Shown: positions 28,936-39,295, counted from the stretch's first letter. The stretch: DNA of 64,000 nucleotides from Anaerohalosphaeraceae bacterium (GCA_050309605.1 JBNRMN010000067.1:1-64000); one strand, 5' to 3'. A program made the numbers and translations. The notes: generated by a model not told the origin, from the letters alone.

Positions 28936-29052
28936 TTGACACGAAGGGTGCATTCTGCTATTTTGATAATTGCTCCTTCTGCCGCCTGTGGAGATAGCCC
29001 TGGGTAGTCTCACCGACTACTTTTCCTCCTTCGCTCCACAGGCGGATTTTTT
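28936..29052 (+). ncRNA. Candidate small RNA (promoter + about 80-nt structured RNA + U-tract)
   Basis: TTGACA-N17-TATTTT with extended TG; 12-bp stem CCGCCTGTGGAG/CTCCACAGGCGG; inner GTAGTC/GACTAC hairpin; TTTTTT after the stem. Confidence 0.45.
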
Positions 29053-29218
29053 ATGCGCAGAGATCAATAAAAGAGATACAGGATTTGATTGTGTTTGATA
29101 GATATAATGTCTTTTTATGGAATGCAAACAGCGTTCTTACGTGCAGTTGATGCCACGTAACTTATTATTTTTCCATTGCTTGGAACAAAACATCCCCGCC
29201 GTCAAGGGGGCGGTTTTG

Positions 29219-30064
29219 TCAATCCTCGTTGTCCCAGTCATCTTCTTCATCCCAGCCATCATCGCCGTACTGGGCCGGCGATTTGCCGTGCCGTTCAAGA
29301 ATTCTTGGATAGGAATTGTCGTCCGCCTTGCCGTCGATTTGCTCGACTGTAATCCAGTGCAGCCATTCATCACCGAAGTCGAAAAGATAGAGGAAACGAT
29401 GTTTTTGGCTCAGTCCGAGTGTCTGAATCGCCGTGCGCGCGGCGTCTTGAGGCGGTTCTCCTCGTGCAAACATCTCAAACATCATCGTCAACCCATCCTC
29501 AAGGGCATACGGATGGGTAAACTCGGGAAAGTCGGTAAATTTCCGAATGCTTTTGCTTTTGACCTCAGTCGGCGGGATATAAAATGAATACAAGTGTTCT
29601 TCTTCCCGATCAAATGCGTCAAAAATGGCGTTGTGCAAATCGTGCAGCGTCTGGCCCCCGCGCAAGGCAATACGCCGCCAGATTTTAGTGTCGTCCACAA
29701 GTGCCACCCGGAACACATAGACACTGCCGGTCATTTTTGACAAATTTTTCACCGGCGGCGCGCCCGGCAGCAGGTCGTCCTCCTGCTGTCCCGTATAATC
29801 AAGCAAAAAATCAGCCAATTCGTAAAAGGCATCCTGCTGTCTCTGGCTGGGAGCGTCTTCTGCTTGCCCTTCCAGATGATCAATCAAGTCGTCCACTTCC
29901 TCTTCGGTCAGGTACAGTTCATAGGCGTTGTTTCGCTTGACCGCGACGCTGATGCAGCGTCCCAGTTGTTCATCCATGCTCGGACGGGTCTTTTGCAACA
30001 GCTCCCATTGCTTGCCGGACAGTTCAATCTTGATTTTTTCTTCCGGTGAATCTGCAAAATTCAT
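29219..30064 (-). CDS. Plasmid pRiA4b ORF-3 family protein with N-terminal extension
   Basis: IWRRIAL...TLHDLHNAI, HLYSF, YLFDFGDEWLH, YPRIL...G.SPAQY. Confidence 0.85.
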   Translation of the reverse strand: MNFADSPEEKIKIELSGKQWELLQKTRPSMDEQLGRCISVAVKRNNAYELYLTEEEVDDLIDHLEGQAEDAPSQRQQDAFYELADFLLDYTGQQEDDLLPGAPPVKNLSKMTGSVYVFRVALVDDTKIWRRIALRGGQTLHDLHNAIFDAFDREEEHLYSFYIPPTEVKSKSIRKFTDFPEFTHPYALEDGLTMMFEMFARGEPPQDAARTAIQTLGLSQKHRFLYLFDFGDEWLHWITVEQIDGKADDNSYPRILERHGKSPAQYGDDGWDEEDDWDNED

Positions 30065-30182
30065 CAGATAATCCTTTTTTTCATAACTCCAGAGCGTTTT
30101 TTTATTGGACTTGCCGCTACAGATTATATGCAATCGAACGTACCCTGAAAATAAAAAAATCGTCGGCGGCAAAATGCCGCAT

Positions 30183-30944
30183 TTATGCCACACTCTCAGA
30201 GGAGAGAATATCGAGTACGGCTTTGGAAAAATCCGTCAAATCCGCATTGCAGACCCAATCCGCCAGAGGATCCATTCCCGTCGGTTCCCGATTAACGATA
30301 GTCAGTTTCGAGCCGAACTGATGTGCCAGCATCGCGATGCCCGCGGCCGGCTGAACCTGTAAAGACGACCCGAACACGCAAAACAAATCGGCCTGTTCTG
30401 CGGACAGTCTGGCCGCGGTCAGCGCCTCCAGCGGGATCATATCACCGAAGAAGACAATGTCCGGACGCACAACCGCACCGCACGCGGCGCAGCAGGGCAG
30501 CCCGCGACTTTGAATCTGCGCTTCAACCCAAGAGCGGTCGTAGGTTTTGCCGCATTGAGTACAATGAAACCCGGTCACATTGCCGTGAAATTCGACGACG
30601 TTTTCGGAACCGGCCTTCTGGTGCAGGCCGTCGATATTCTGCGTTATCAAAAGGTCCACCAGCCCCTGTCGTTCCAGTGCGGCCAGCATCGTGTGTGTCG
30701 TGTTCGGCTGTTTGTCCGCCAGCGGATGAATGTGTTCAACAGCGATTTGATAATAGGCTTCCGGCCGGCTCAGGAGAAAATCCAGTTCAAATGTCTTTTG
30801 GGAAATTGTCGAATACAGCCCGCCGGCACTGCGAAAATCGGGAATACCCGATGCGGTCGAGACCCCGGCGCCGGTCAATACGGCCGTATAGTCCGATGAC
30901 CTTAAAATGTCCAAAAATTGCCTGGCTTCCTCTTGAACGACCAT
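30183..30944 (-). CDS. cobB: NAD-dependent protein deacylase (Sir2/CobB)
   Basis: TGAGVSTASGIPDFRS, TQNIDGLHQKAG, HG, CxxC pairs, RPDIVFFG, GSSL.V.PAA. Confidence 0.95.
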   Translation of the reverse strand: MVVQEEARQFLDILRSSDYTAVLTGAGVSTASGIPDFRSAGGLYSTISQKTFELDFLLSRPEAYYQIAVEHIHPLADKQPNTTHTMLAALERQGLVDLLITQNIDGLHQKAGSENVVEFHGNVTGFHCTQCGKTYDRSWVEAQIQSRGLPCCAACGAVVRPDIVFFGDMIPLEALTAARLSAEQADLFCVFGSSLQVQPAAGIAMLAHQFGSKLTIVNREPTGMDPLADWVCNADLTDFSKAVLDILSSESVA

Positions 30945-31143
30945 ATATAAGTCCTTGATTTTTTAATGTGACAAATGCAATTATAGCGTTGAAAACGTCG
31001 ATTTACACCCCTTTTGTCAATAAAACGGTGCGATCAAACATAAAAATTATTGACTTATTGACTCTCGCTTTTTAGAATCTGCCGGATTTTGAACTTATTT
31101 CCATCGAATTAGAATCAATAATGTTAACTATAATCAGGAAGGG

Positions 31144-33042
31144 ATGGCAGTGGCCGACACACTGAACGTTTCCGAAATTCAGGACATTTTACAAAGCAAA
31201 CTCGACAAGACCAATCTTCAAAAGCTGATCGCGTTGAATAACCCCCGCCTTAACGCCTTTGTGGCCGATGCCGTGGAATTGACGGAGCCGGACAATGTGG
31301 TCGTCTTTACCGACGCCGACGAGGATATCGCCACGATTCGGCAGTGGGCCGTCAACGGCGGCGGCGAGCATCCCCTGGCGACTGAAGGGCACACCTATCA
31401 TTTCGACGGCCCCAACGATCAGGGACGCGACACCTTCAGTACCCGCTATCTTCTGCCCAAAGGCATGGAACTGGGCGAGAGCCTTAACTCCATTGATCGC
31501 GACGAGGGGTTGGGCGAAGTACGTTCCTTTCTCAAGGGCACGATGAAAGGGCGGACGATGATGATTTGTTTTTGGTGTCTGTGTCCGACGGGTTCGGATT
31601 TTTCAATCTCCTGTGTTCAGATCACCGATTCGCCTTATGTCGCTCACAGCGAAAGTCTTCTTTATCGTCCCGGCTATGAGCAGTTCAAGCGCCTTAACGG
31701 CGGTGAAAACTTCTTCCGCTTTCTGCACAGCCAGGGCGAACTTGACGAAAACGGCTGCAGCATCCACTGGCAAAAGCGCCGCGTCTATATCGATCTGACG
31801 CAGGATATGGTCTATTCGGTCAATACCCAATACGCCGGTAATACGGTCGGATTGAAAAAGCTGGCCCTGCGGCTGGCGATTCAGCGGGCCTCCCAGGAAG
31901 GCGATTGGCTGGCCGAGCATATGTTCATTATGGGCGCGGTCGGGCCGAATGACCGTATTACCTATTTTGCCGGCGCGTTTCCCTCGGCCTGCGGCAAGAC
32001 CAGTACCACCATGCTGCCGGGACAAACCATCGTTGGCGATGATATCGCCTATTTCCGCAAACGCTACGGCAAGGCATACGCCGCCAACGTCGAGCAGGGC
32101 ATCTTCGGCATCATCAACGACGTGAACGCCGAAAATGATCCGGTGATCTTCAAAGCACTGAAAACCCCCGGCGAGGTCATTTTCGGCAATGTCCTGATCG
32201 CCGACGGCAAGCCCTATTGGGAGGGCATGGGTGAGGCAATCCCCGATAAAGGCGTCAATTTCAGCGGTCCGTGGCACAAAGGCAAAACCGACAAAGACGG
32301 CAATCCCGTCCCCCCGTCGCACAAGAACGCCCGTTACACCATTCGGCTTTCGGCCCTGGAGAATCTGGACAGCCAAGCCGACAACCCCGAAGGCGTGCCC
32401 ATCGGCGGCATCATCTATGGCGGACGCGACAGCGATACCCAGGTACCGGTCGAGCAGGCCTTTGACTGGGCTGAGGGTGTCATCGCCAAAGGCGCCGCCA
32501 TCGAATCGGAAACCACCGCCGCTACCCTTGGCAAGGCCGGTGTGCGAAAGTTCAACATTATGGCCAATCAGGATTTTGTTTCGATTCCGCTGGGCAAGTA
32601 TATCCAGAATAATCTGGACTTCGCCGTAGGACTGGAACAGCCTCCGTCCATCTTTTCGGTCAACTATTTTCGGCAGGATGAAAACGGCAAGTTTCTCAAC
32701 GGCAAGCTGGACAAGATGATCTGGCTGCTCTGGGCCGAGTTGCGAGTCAACGGCGACGTCGATGCGCTGAAGACCCCGACCGGCTGGATTCCCAAATATG
32801 AAGATCTCGTGCCGCTGTTTAGATGCAAGCTGAAGATTTGCTATTCAAAAGAGGCCTACGAAAAGCAGTTTACCGTGCGTGTGGCCAACCTGCTGGCCAA
32901 ATATGACCGCGTTGAAAAAATCTACCGCGAAAAGGTCAGCGACACGCCGCAACTGGTTTATGAGACCTTCGAGGCCATTCGCAAACGACTCAAAGACGCC
33001 CAGGCCCAACACGGCGACACCATCAGCCCGTTTGCCCTGTAA
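31144..33042 (+). CDS. pckG: Phosphoenolpyruvate carboxykinase (GTP)
   Basis: WLAEHM, FPSACGKT, VGDDIA, HKNARY, YGGRD. Confidence 0.95.
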   Translation: MAVADTLNVSEIQDILQSKLDKTNLQKLIALNNPRLNAFVADAVELTEPDNVVVFTDADEDIATIRQWAVNGGGEHPLATEGHTYHFDGPNDQGRDTFSTRYLLPKGMELGESLNSIDRDEGLGEVRSFLKGTMKGRTMMICFWCLCPTGSDFSISCVQITDSPYVAHSESLLYRPGYEQFKRLNGGENFFRFLHSQGELDENGCSIHWQKRRVYIDLTQDMVYSVNTQYAGNTVGLKKLALRLAIQRASQEGDWLAEHMFIMGAVGPNDRITYFAGAFPSACGKTSTTMLPGQTIVGDDIAYFRKRYGKAYAANVEQGIFGIINDVNAENDPVIFKALKTPGEVIFGNVLIADGKPYWEGMGEAIPDKGVNFSGPWHKGKTDKDGNPVPPSHKNARYTIRLSALENLDSQADNPEGVPIGGIIYGGRDSDTQVPVEQAFDWAEGVIAKGAAIESETTAATLGKAGVRKFNIMANQDFVSIPLGKYIQNNLDFAVGLEQPPSIFSVNYFRQDENGKFLNGKLDKMIWLLWAELRVNGDVDALKTPTGWIPKYEDLVPLFRCKLKICYSKEAYEKQFTVRVANLLAKYDRVEKIYREKVSDTPQLVYETFEAIRKRLKDAQAQHGDTISPFAL

Positions 33043-33070
33043 AATGAATCTGTTTTGAGTTTGCAATCTC

Positions 33071-33136
33071 AAAAGGCGACTTGCCTGAGCGGCTTTCAAT
33101 GCCGTTATAGACCAGGCATGTCGCCTTTTTCTTTTT
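33071..33136 (+). terminator. Long stem-loop with U-tract after pckG
   Basis: AAAAGGCGACtTGCCTG...CAGGCAtGTCGCCTTTTT. Confidence 0.65.
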
Positions 33137-33139
33137 AGC

Positions 33140-33167
33140 TTGACTTGCTCAAGGCAAGGTCTATAAT
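33140..33167 (+). promoter_or_regulatory. Sigma70-like promoter
   Basis: TTGACT-N16-TATAAT, upstream of the 1957-aa gene. Confidence 0.6.
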
Positions 33168-33353
33168 GAAGTGCGGTAATAGTCGGAAGCTTGCCTGTGT
33201 GGCGTGTCCGTGGATGCCGGGAGAAGACCTGTTCAACCTCTTGCTATATTTTCCCCTCGCCTTCATCGGGTTTCTTTAGGGCCTGCAATAGGCTAAAGTC
33301 TATCAATAAAAATATTTTTAGGCATTGCATTAGTCAAGGAAAGAGAGGCGGTT

Positions 33354-36300
33354 ATGAAGAAGGCAACATCTATCTTGGTTATCGGTTTTTTGTTCATGGC
33401 GTGTTTGTCCGGCATCTGCACAGGCGCAACACTGACCGTCGGCCCGGACGACGACTTGACAAGCATCCAGGCAGCTATTGATTTCGCCGAAGGCGGTGAT
33501 GAGATCATTGTCGCGCCGGGGATTTACTCTGAGGCTATCAATTTCCACGGCAAGGCCGTGCGTTTATACAGCAGCGGCGGGCCGGAGGTAACAACCATTG
33601 ACGGAACCGGCCATTATCACGTCGTCCAGTGCGTCAGCTACGAAGGCCACGACACTGTCCTTGAGGGCTTTACCGTCACCGGCGGCAACGCCGACGGCAG
33701 CACCCACCCCGATGCGTCCGGTGGCGGGATGCTCAATATCGACAGCAGCCCAACAGTGACCGGCTGTATTTTTACCGCCAATGCGTCCATTGGCTACGGC
33801 GGGGGGATGTACAATCAAGGCGGCAGCCCGATCGTGACCAACTGCACTTTCTTCAATAACACAGCGTCTTTCGGCGGGGGGATGTATAATTTATGGGGCA
33901 GCCCCATCGCGGCCGGCTGCACCTTCAACGAAAACTCAGCGAATGCCCGCGGCGGCGGGATGTATAACAGCCACAGCAGTCCGGCGGTAACGACTTGTAT
34001 CTTCAGCGGTAACTCCGCCACGACTAATGAGGGCGGCGGAATGTATAATGATAACAGCAGTCCGACCCTCAAACACTGTCTGTTTTCGGGCAACTCCGCC
34101 AATTCGGGCGGCGCGATGTCTAATGTTTACAGCTCTTCGGCTGTCATCAACTGTCAGTTCACGGGCAACTCGGCTGAGAGCTCCGGCGGCGGAATCCATA
34201 ACCACAGCGGCAGTTCATCCTTTATCAACTGTATTTTTATCGACAACACCACCGGAGGATTCGGCGGCGCGATGTTCAATGTCAACAGCAGCAGCCCGAT
34301 CTTGGTGAACTGTACGTTGACCCGCAATTCGGGGCTTTACGGCAGCGGAATTGTCAATTGGTCCAGTACGCCGTCGCTGAAAAACTGTATTGTGTGGGGC
34401 AATTTCGTCAAATTCGGTTATGCTCAAATACACAATGAAATGGGAAGTACAACAACGGTTACTTACAGTAACATCCAGGGCGGTTATTCCGGCACGGGCA
34501 ACAAGAACGTCGATCCTCTGTTTGTCAATGCGGCCGGCGGCAATGCGCGTCTGTCGGCCGGTTCGCCCTGCATCAATGCCGGTAGTAACGCGGCGGTGCC
34601 GGCGGGTGTTCTTATGGATTTGGACGGCCATTTCCGTGTGGTGAATGCTGTTGTCGATATGGGCGCCTATGAGTACTATGCCGATGTGCCGCTGGACATT
34701 CACAATGTCACAAAGGACTTCTATTACGCAACCATTCAGGCGGCGATCAATGACGCGGCCTATGGGGACCAGATCCAGGTTCCGCCCGGCACGTACACTC
34801 TGCCGATCAATTTTCTTGGCAAGGCCGTGCGGCTTTACAGCAGCGACGGGCCGGAGGTAACGATCATTGATGCGGCCGGTCGGAACAGTTCGGTGGTCCT
34901 CTGCGAAAGCGGCGAAGGGCCGGATACGCGTCTTGAGGGGTTTACCGTCACCGGCGGAAGCGGCGGGATGATCAACATCAACAGCAGTCCCACAGTCAAA
35001 AACTGCATCATTAAAAGTAATTCGTCCGGTGAACATGGCGGGGGGATGTATAACTATGCTGCCCGTCCGACAGTGATTAACTGTATCTTCAGCCATAATA
35101 CTGCCGCTTTTCATGGCGGGGGGATGACAAACAAATACAGCAGTCCTACGGTCGTCAATTGTGTATTCAGCCAAAACACCGCGGGGGCAGGCGGCGGCGG
35201 GATGGCCAACGACGTTGGCAGCAGCCCGACGGTAACCAACTGCTCGTTCGCGAACAATACGGCCAACGATTACGACGGCGGCGGCGGCGGGATGTACAAT
35301 TACGGTAGCAGTCCGACGGTAACCAACTGTATCGTGTGGGGCAATTTGCCTAATCAGTTGATCAATGACGCCAGCAGTCCTGTTGTTTCCTATAGCAGCA
35401 TTCAGGGGGGGGTTGCGGGGACAGGCAATATCGACGCCGATCCGCAGTTTGTGGATGCGGCTGGCGGCGACCTGCGGCTGATATGGTTTTCGGCCTGCCT
35501 CGATGCTGGGGAAAATGCGGCTGTAGCCCAGGATGTTACGACGGACCTGGCGGGCCATGCGCGCATCACGGACGGCAAGGGGATCGGCACGGCCGTGGTG
35601 GACATAGGAGCGTATGAGTACCGGCACTATGAGAGTTTGGGCCTATCATTGCAGATCACTCTTTCGCCTGCGGAAGCCGTCGATGCGGGGGCGAGCTGGC
35701 GCCTGGCGGGGCAAGCGGACTGGTGCGCTTCGGGCGAAACGCTTAGCGATTTGCCGCCCGGCTTTTATGAGGTGCAGTTCAGCGAACCGAACGCCTGGTT
35801 CGCGCCGGACAGTATGCGGGTCTGTGTGATGCGAGACCTGCCGGTCTGCCAGACGGTCACATACAGGCCCGTGGAAACGTTCGATATCGGACAGATACCG
35901 CCGGCCGGTGTGCCGCACGGCAGGACGCTTGCATTTTATGTATATTCGCAGTTGTTCGGGCCTCAGGCACTGCCTTCGATGATGGCTCTGCCGGAACCGG
36001 AAGGGCAAATGACCTTCGATCCACAGAGCGGGCTGTTTGTGTATCGCCCCGGTGAAAATGATGTGCTGCCCTTTGACGTTGTCTTTACTGCGACGCTGGC
36101 CGACCAGATCGATGAACAGGTCATTACGGTTTTGCCGATAGCCCAGTTGCCGGAAGAATACGCATTTGTCAGTGCGCCGGTACAGGACTTTCCGGATGAT
36201 CAGAGCCGGGACTATTTGTTTGTAAACGAGATATTCAGTGAAGATACGCAGATGCTTAATGGACTGAACAGGACAGTGCGGTTGGTTACCATTGCGGGTA

Positions 36301-39227
36301 AAACGGTGGTGTTTGAGGCCGGTTGTGCCAACGGCCTCTATGAGGCCTTCAGTAATCCGGCCGACGGGCCGCCGTATATTGCCGATATCGCCGAGATGAC
36401 CGTGTATGCCGAAACAGTGGTTATCGGCAGCCGTCTGCATTTGCCGCAAACCAACGTAACGATCTATGCGCGACAGCTTGTGTTCACCGGAGCCGATGCG
36501 CAGGTGGTGACGACGCCTTGCGCCGACGGACTCGACGGCGGCGACATTGCCCTGTATATCGACGCGTTTGAGTCCGATGGTCAGGTCGGTCGTTTTGTAC
36601 TTGTCGGCAGTACCGGCCAAGGCGGCGACCCGGCGGGTCGGGCCGGGCAGCTAAGCCATACGCTCAACATGTATAAGCCCCTGGCGTGGCTGTCGCCGTA
36701 TGCAATCAAGATGGGGCTGGCCCATGTCCGGGATGCTTATCTTCATGGCTATTCGGCCGCGGCGGTCGATCTGCTTTCAGATTACCAAATGCTGCTTGAG
36801 GCCGTGATGAGACCGGAAACGTGGAACAGCCTGGACAGCCGATGGCAGTTGGAATTTGAGCAGATGCACGGCGAGATAGTGACGCTGCTGCATCGACTCG
36901 AAAATGGTCAGGATTATTTCGGCAATCCGGCCGGGTGGGTGCCGATGCTGTCATTTGAGATTACCAAAGCATTCTATGAACAGGAAATTGATCGTACGTT
37001 ACGGATATTATATCTTTCCTACTGGCTTCAGAATAAAGCCGTGCAGATCGAACAAAAGGCCAATGGGCTGGCCAATTCGCGCAACATCTTGTGGCAGCAG
37101 GCGCAGGCCTTTCGCAATCAGTATGAGGCGATTCAAGCAATGATGCCGACGCTGAAGTATGAAGCCGAACAGATATTGACGCGGATTGGTCAGGCCGATT
37201 CGCAAGCGTGCTTCGGCTTGCTGTGCGAGTTAAAGCAAAGGGAACAAGAGCTTATCGCGCAGGCCGATCGGCGTGTTGAAAAACGCTATAAAATTCCTTT
37301 GTGGAAGAGGTATTTTCGGGCGCTGGCCTTCTCTGCAACATCGACTATCGAAGGCGCCGCCGCAGGAGGCAAGGCGGGCCTGGCAGGAGGTGTTCTCAAG
37401 GGAGATATTAACCTTTATCTTAAAGAGCTTCCCGCGCACTTTGATCCCTGGCCGACCATCAGCAGCCGCACGGATGTGGCCAGGACATTTGACAACATCG
37501 ATTTCGCGGCGGAAAGCAGCCGGTGGCTTGGCACTTTAGACGATATCGGCAGTCAGGATGATTTTGAGGATGGCGCCGAAACGTTTCTTCAGAACCTCCG
37601 ATCACAGGCCGCGGCCATAGCAGACGGTATGCATGAGGTTAAAGAGTCTTTGCGGGCAACCTCTCTGGACAATGAAGAAGTGCAGGTCGAACTCGAAAGG
37701 ATCAAGGCCGAGGACCCGATCTTCAACAGGCTGGTGGATCAGATTACCCAGCTTGCCGTTGAGAAGGAAGTGTTCAATCGTCAGCTTTCGGTTGCGATGC
37801 AGAAAGTCTCTGAGCTATCCAATGCCATCACGAACAATCTGCTGGCTATCGACGCTTTGAACCGGGATGCGAGCCATCTGAATCAAGTAATCGGCCCGCG
37901 AGCGATGCTGTATGTCAAGGATATGCAGAAAAGGGGGCTGGAGCGGCTTCAGAAGTATCATTATTACCTGGCCAAGTCGTACGAATACCGTATGCTTGAG
38001 CCGTCGCCCTTGAATTTGGATATTCACAAAATGTTCGACGCGATGCAGGGTATTGCCTCTTTGAATGGGACGCTTGAGCCGGAAGATTTTAACACATTGA
38101 AGACGGCATATGAAGCAGAGCTCTGGGAGTTGACCGATAGAATCTATGAGGACTACCAGAATTACGGAAGCGCTGATTATGGAACCCCTGAGATGCACAC
38201 GTTTTTGGGACTGGAGCTTTCCGACGGGCAAATCGCGGATCTCAACGCCGGACGGACAGTGTCCGTCAATCTCAAAGATGCCCTGAGATTCCCGTACAAT
38301 GAAGAAAACATCCGCATCACAAATGTTGAAGTCTTAGAAATGACCTTGGCTGAGCAATATGACAACAAAGAGGATTATTTTGATTTCTGGATCGAGCATG
38401 GCGGGGTGTCCAGACTGCAGAAGAAAGGGCAGATCTACCGATTCATCCACTACACGGACATCGGCAGGGAACTGAATCCGCATCATTGGAGCCGGCGTTA
38501 CTTCGGGGACGGGGACTCGGTACCTCACAGTCCAAGCGATGCGAGCAAGTCCTTATTGTACAGCTTGCTGTCCAGCTCAAAGACGTCAACAGACGTCAGC
38601 GCTATTATGCTTTACGCCCGGCCGGGAGCGTGGGCCGATATGACATTAAAGAAAAGACCGCATGAAGAAAACACAGCAGAGCTTGTGATCGAAACAGTCC
38701 GCCTCAGGGTTTTCTATGACTACAATTTACGGCATACTTCCCGGCGTACGCTGCAGGTGGCCACAGAGCCGAAGGCGGTTCATCCCTGCTATTTGATCAG
38801 CCAGGTGGATGTGCTGGATCGGCAGGTCGGCTTGGGCGAGTTTTACAGAACCTACGATGCGTCCGTTCCATCGGTCACCGTCACGGCGCCCTTGAGGTGG
38901 GGCCATTATGAGTTTCAAAGGTGGGCTGACGGCGCAGGGAACACGGTGACTACAACTCCGGGAATACCGGAAGAAGCAGCGGTTGATCTAAGTACCAACA
39001 GAAAACGCGTCGCTCAATACGTATATACAGGACCGCTGCCGAATGCAGCTGACTTTAAGGAAGATTACTGGGTCGATTTTTATGATTTTTCTGCTTTGGC
39101 CGGTGCGTGGATGACCGAGCCTGGGGATCCGGACTGGGATGAGCGTTGCGATGTTTTTGAGGACGGCATCATTGATCTGCTTGACTTTCTGGTATTGTCA
39201 GAGAACTGGCTGGAGATCGGGTTTTAA
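33354..39227 (+). CDS. Giant secreted protein: two right-handed beta-helix modules, Ig-like domains, a long helical module and a dockerin-like C-terminus
   Basis: Signal peptide; GGGMYN..SSPTVTNC.F..N repeats; DLDG..R....VDMGAYE ends; C-terminal DFKEDYWVDFYDF and DVFEDGIIDLLDF..WL. Confidence 0.85.
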   Translation: MKKATSILVIGFLFMACLSGICTGATLTVGPDDDLTSIQAAIDFAEGGDEIIVAPGIYSEAINFHGKAVRLYSSGGPEVTTIDGTGHYHVVQCVSYEGHDTVLEGFTVTGGNADGSTHPDASGGGMLNIDSSPTVTGCIFTANASIGYGGGMYNQGGSPIVTNCTFFNNTASFGGGMYNLWGSPIAAGCTFNENSANARGGGMYNSHSSPAVTTCIFSGNSATTNEGGGMYNDNSSPTLKHCLFSGNSANSGGAMSNVYSSSAVINCQFTGNSAESSGGGIHNHSGSSSFINCIFIDNTTGGFGGAMFNVNSSSPILVNCTLTRNSGLYGSGIVNWSSTPSLKNCIVWGNFVKFGYAQIHNEMGSTTTVTYSNIQGGYSGTGNKNVDPLFVNAAGGNARLSAGSPCINAGSNAAVPAGVLMDLDGHFRVVNAVVDMGAYEYYADVPLDIHNVTKDFYYATIQAAINDAAYGDQIQVPPGTYTLPINFLGKAVRLYSSDGPEVTIIDAAGRNSSVVLCESGEGPDTRLEGFTVTGGSGGMININSSPTVKNCIIKSNSSGEHGGGMYNYAARPTVINCIFSHNTAAFHGGGMTNKYSSPTVVNCVFSQNTAGAGGGGMANDVGSSPTVTNCSFANNTANDYDGGGGGMYNYGSSPTVTNCIVWGNLPNQLINDASSPVVSYSSIQGGVAGTGNIDADPQFVDAAGGDLRLIWFSACLDAGENAAVAQDVTTDLAGHARITDGKGIGTAVVDIGAYEYRHYESLGLSLQITLSPAEAVDAGASWRLAGQADWCASGETLSDLPPGFYEVQFSEPNAWFAPDSMRVCVMRDLPVCQTVTYRPVETFDIGQIPPAGVPHGRTLAFYVYSQLFGPQALPSMMALPEPEGQMTFDPQSGLFVYRPGENDVLPFDVVFTATLADQIDEQVITVLPIAQLPEEYAFVSAPVQDFPDDQSRDYLFVNEIFSEDTQMLNGLNRTVRLVTIAGKTVVFEAGCANGLYEAFSNPADGPPYIADIAEMTVYAETVVIGSRLHLPQTNVTIYARQLVFTGADAQVVTTPCADGLDGGDIALYIDAFESDGQVGRFVLVGSTGQGGDPAGRAGQLSHTLNMYKPLAWLSPYAIKMGLAHVRDAYLHGYSAAAVDLLSDYQMLLEAVMRPETWNSLDSRWQLEFEQMHGEIVTLLHRLENGQDYFGNPAGWVPMLSFEITKAFYEQEIDRTLRILYLSYWLQNKAVQIEQKANGLANSRNILWQQAQAFRNQYEAIQAMMPTLKYEAEQILTRIGQADSQACFGLLCELKQREQELIAQADRRVEKRYKIPLWKRYFRALAFSATSTIEGAAAGGKAGLAGGVLKGDINLYLKELPAHFDPWPTISSRTDVARTFDNIDFAAESSRWLGTLDDIGSQDDFEDGAETFLQNLRSQAAAIADGMHEVKESLRATSLDNEEVQVELERIKAEDPIFNRLVDQITQLAVEKEVFNRQLSVAMQKVSELSNAITNNLLAIDALNRDASHLNQVIGPRAMLYVKDMQKRGLERLQKYHYYLAKSYEYRMLEPSPLNLDIHKMFDAMQGIASLNGTLEPEDFNTLKTAYEAELWELTDRIYEDYQNYGSADYGTPEMHTFLGLELSDGQIADLNAGRTVSVNLKDALRFPYNEENIRITNVEVLEMTLAEQYDNKEDYFDFWIEHGGVSRLQKKGQIYRFIHYTDIGRELNPHHWSRRYFGDGDSVPHSPSDASKSLLYSLLSSSKTSTDVSAIMLYARPGAWADMTLKKRPHEENTAELVIETVRLRVFYDYNLRHTSRRTLQVATEPKAVHPCYLISQVDVLDRQVGLGEFYRTYDASVPSVTVTAPLRWGHYEFQRWADGAGNTVTTTPGIPEEAAVDLSTNRKRVAQYVYTGPLPNAADFKEDYWVDFYDFSALAGAWMTEPGDPDWDERCDVFEDGIIDLLDFLVLSENWLEIGF

Positions 39228-39295
39228 TTCGTGACCGATGAGGATGGACAATGAAGGGTTGAGGGGGCACCCGATGCCGGGATAGTCCTGTAAAG

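Noticed and set aside
28923..29031. Minus-strand micro-ORF after AAGGAGG (VRLPRAISTGG...)
   Set aside because: The SD-to-GTG spacing is long and the peptide has no toxin-like TM character. The plus-strand RNA reading fits the promoter and U-tract better.
29219..30064. pRiA4b-ORF3 gene plus sirtuin as a mobile or defence element
   Set aside because: No transposase or terminal repeats, and the sirtuin is a canonical Zn-binding CobB-type deacylase rather than a defence SIR2 domain.
33168..33353. Riboswitch in the long leader (GAAGACCTG resembles a B12-box end)
   Set aside because: The other cobalamin elements (GCCACTG, GGGAAG, CCCCCGC) are absent, and no other riboswitch consensus was recognised.
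34215..35627. Long antisense ORFs (also 56229-57692, 52100-53182, 44581-45708, 16435-17382, 20906-21931)
   Set aside because: Shadow frames of well-supported genes in GC-rich DNA, with no recognisable motifs.
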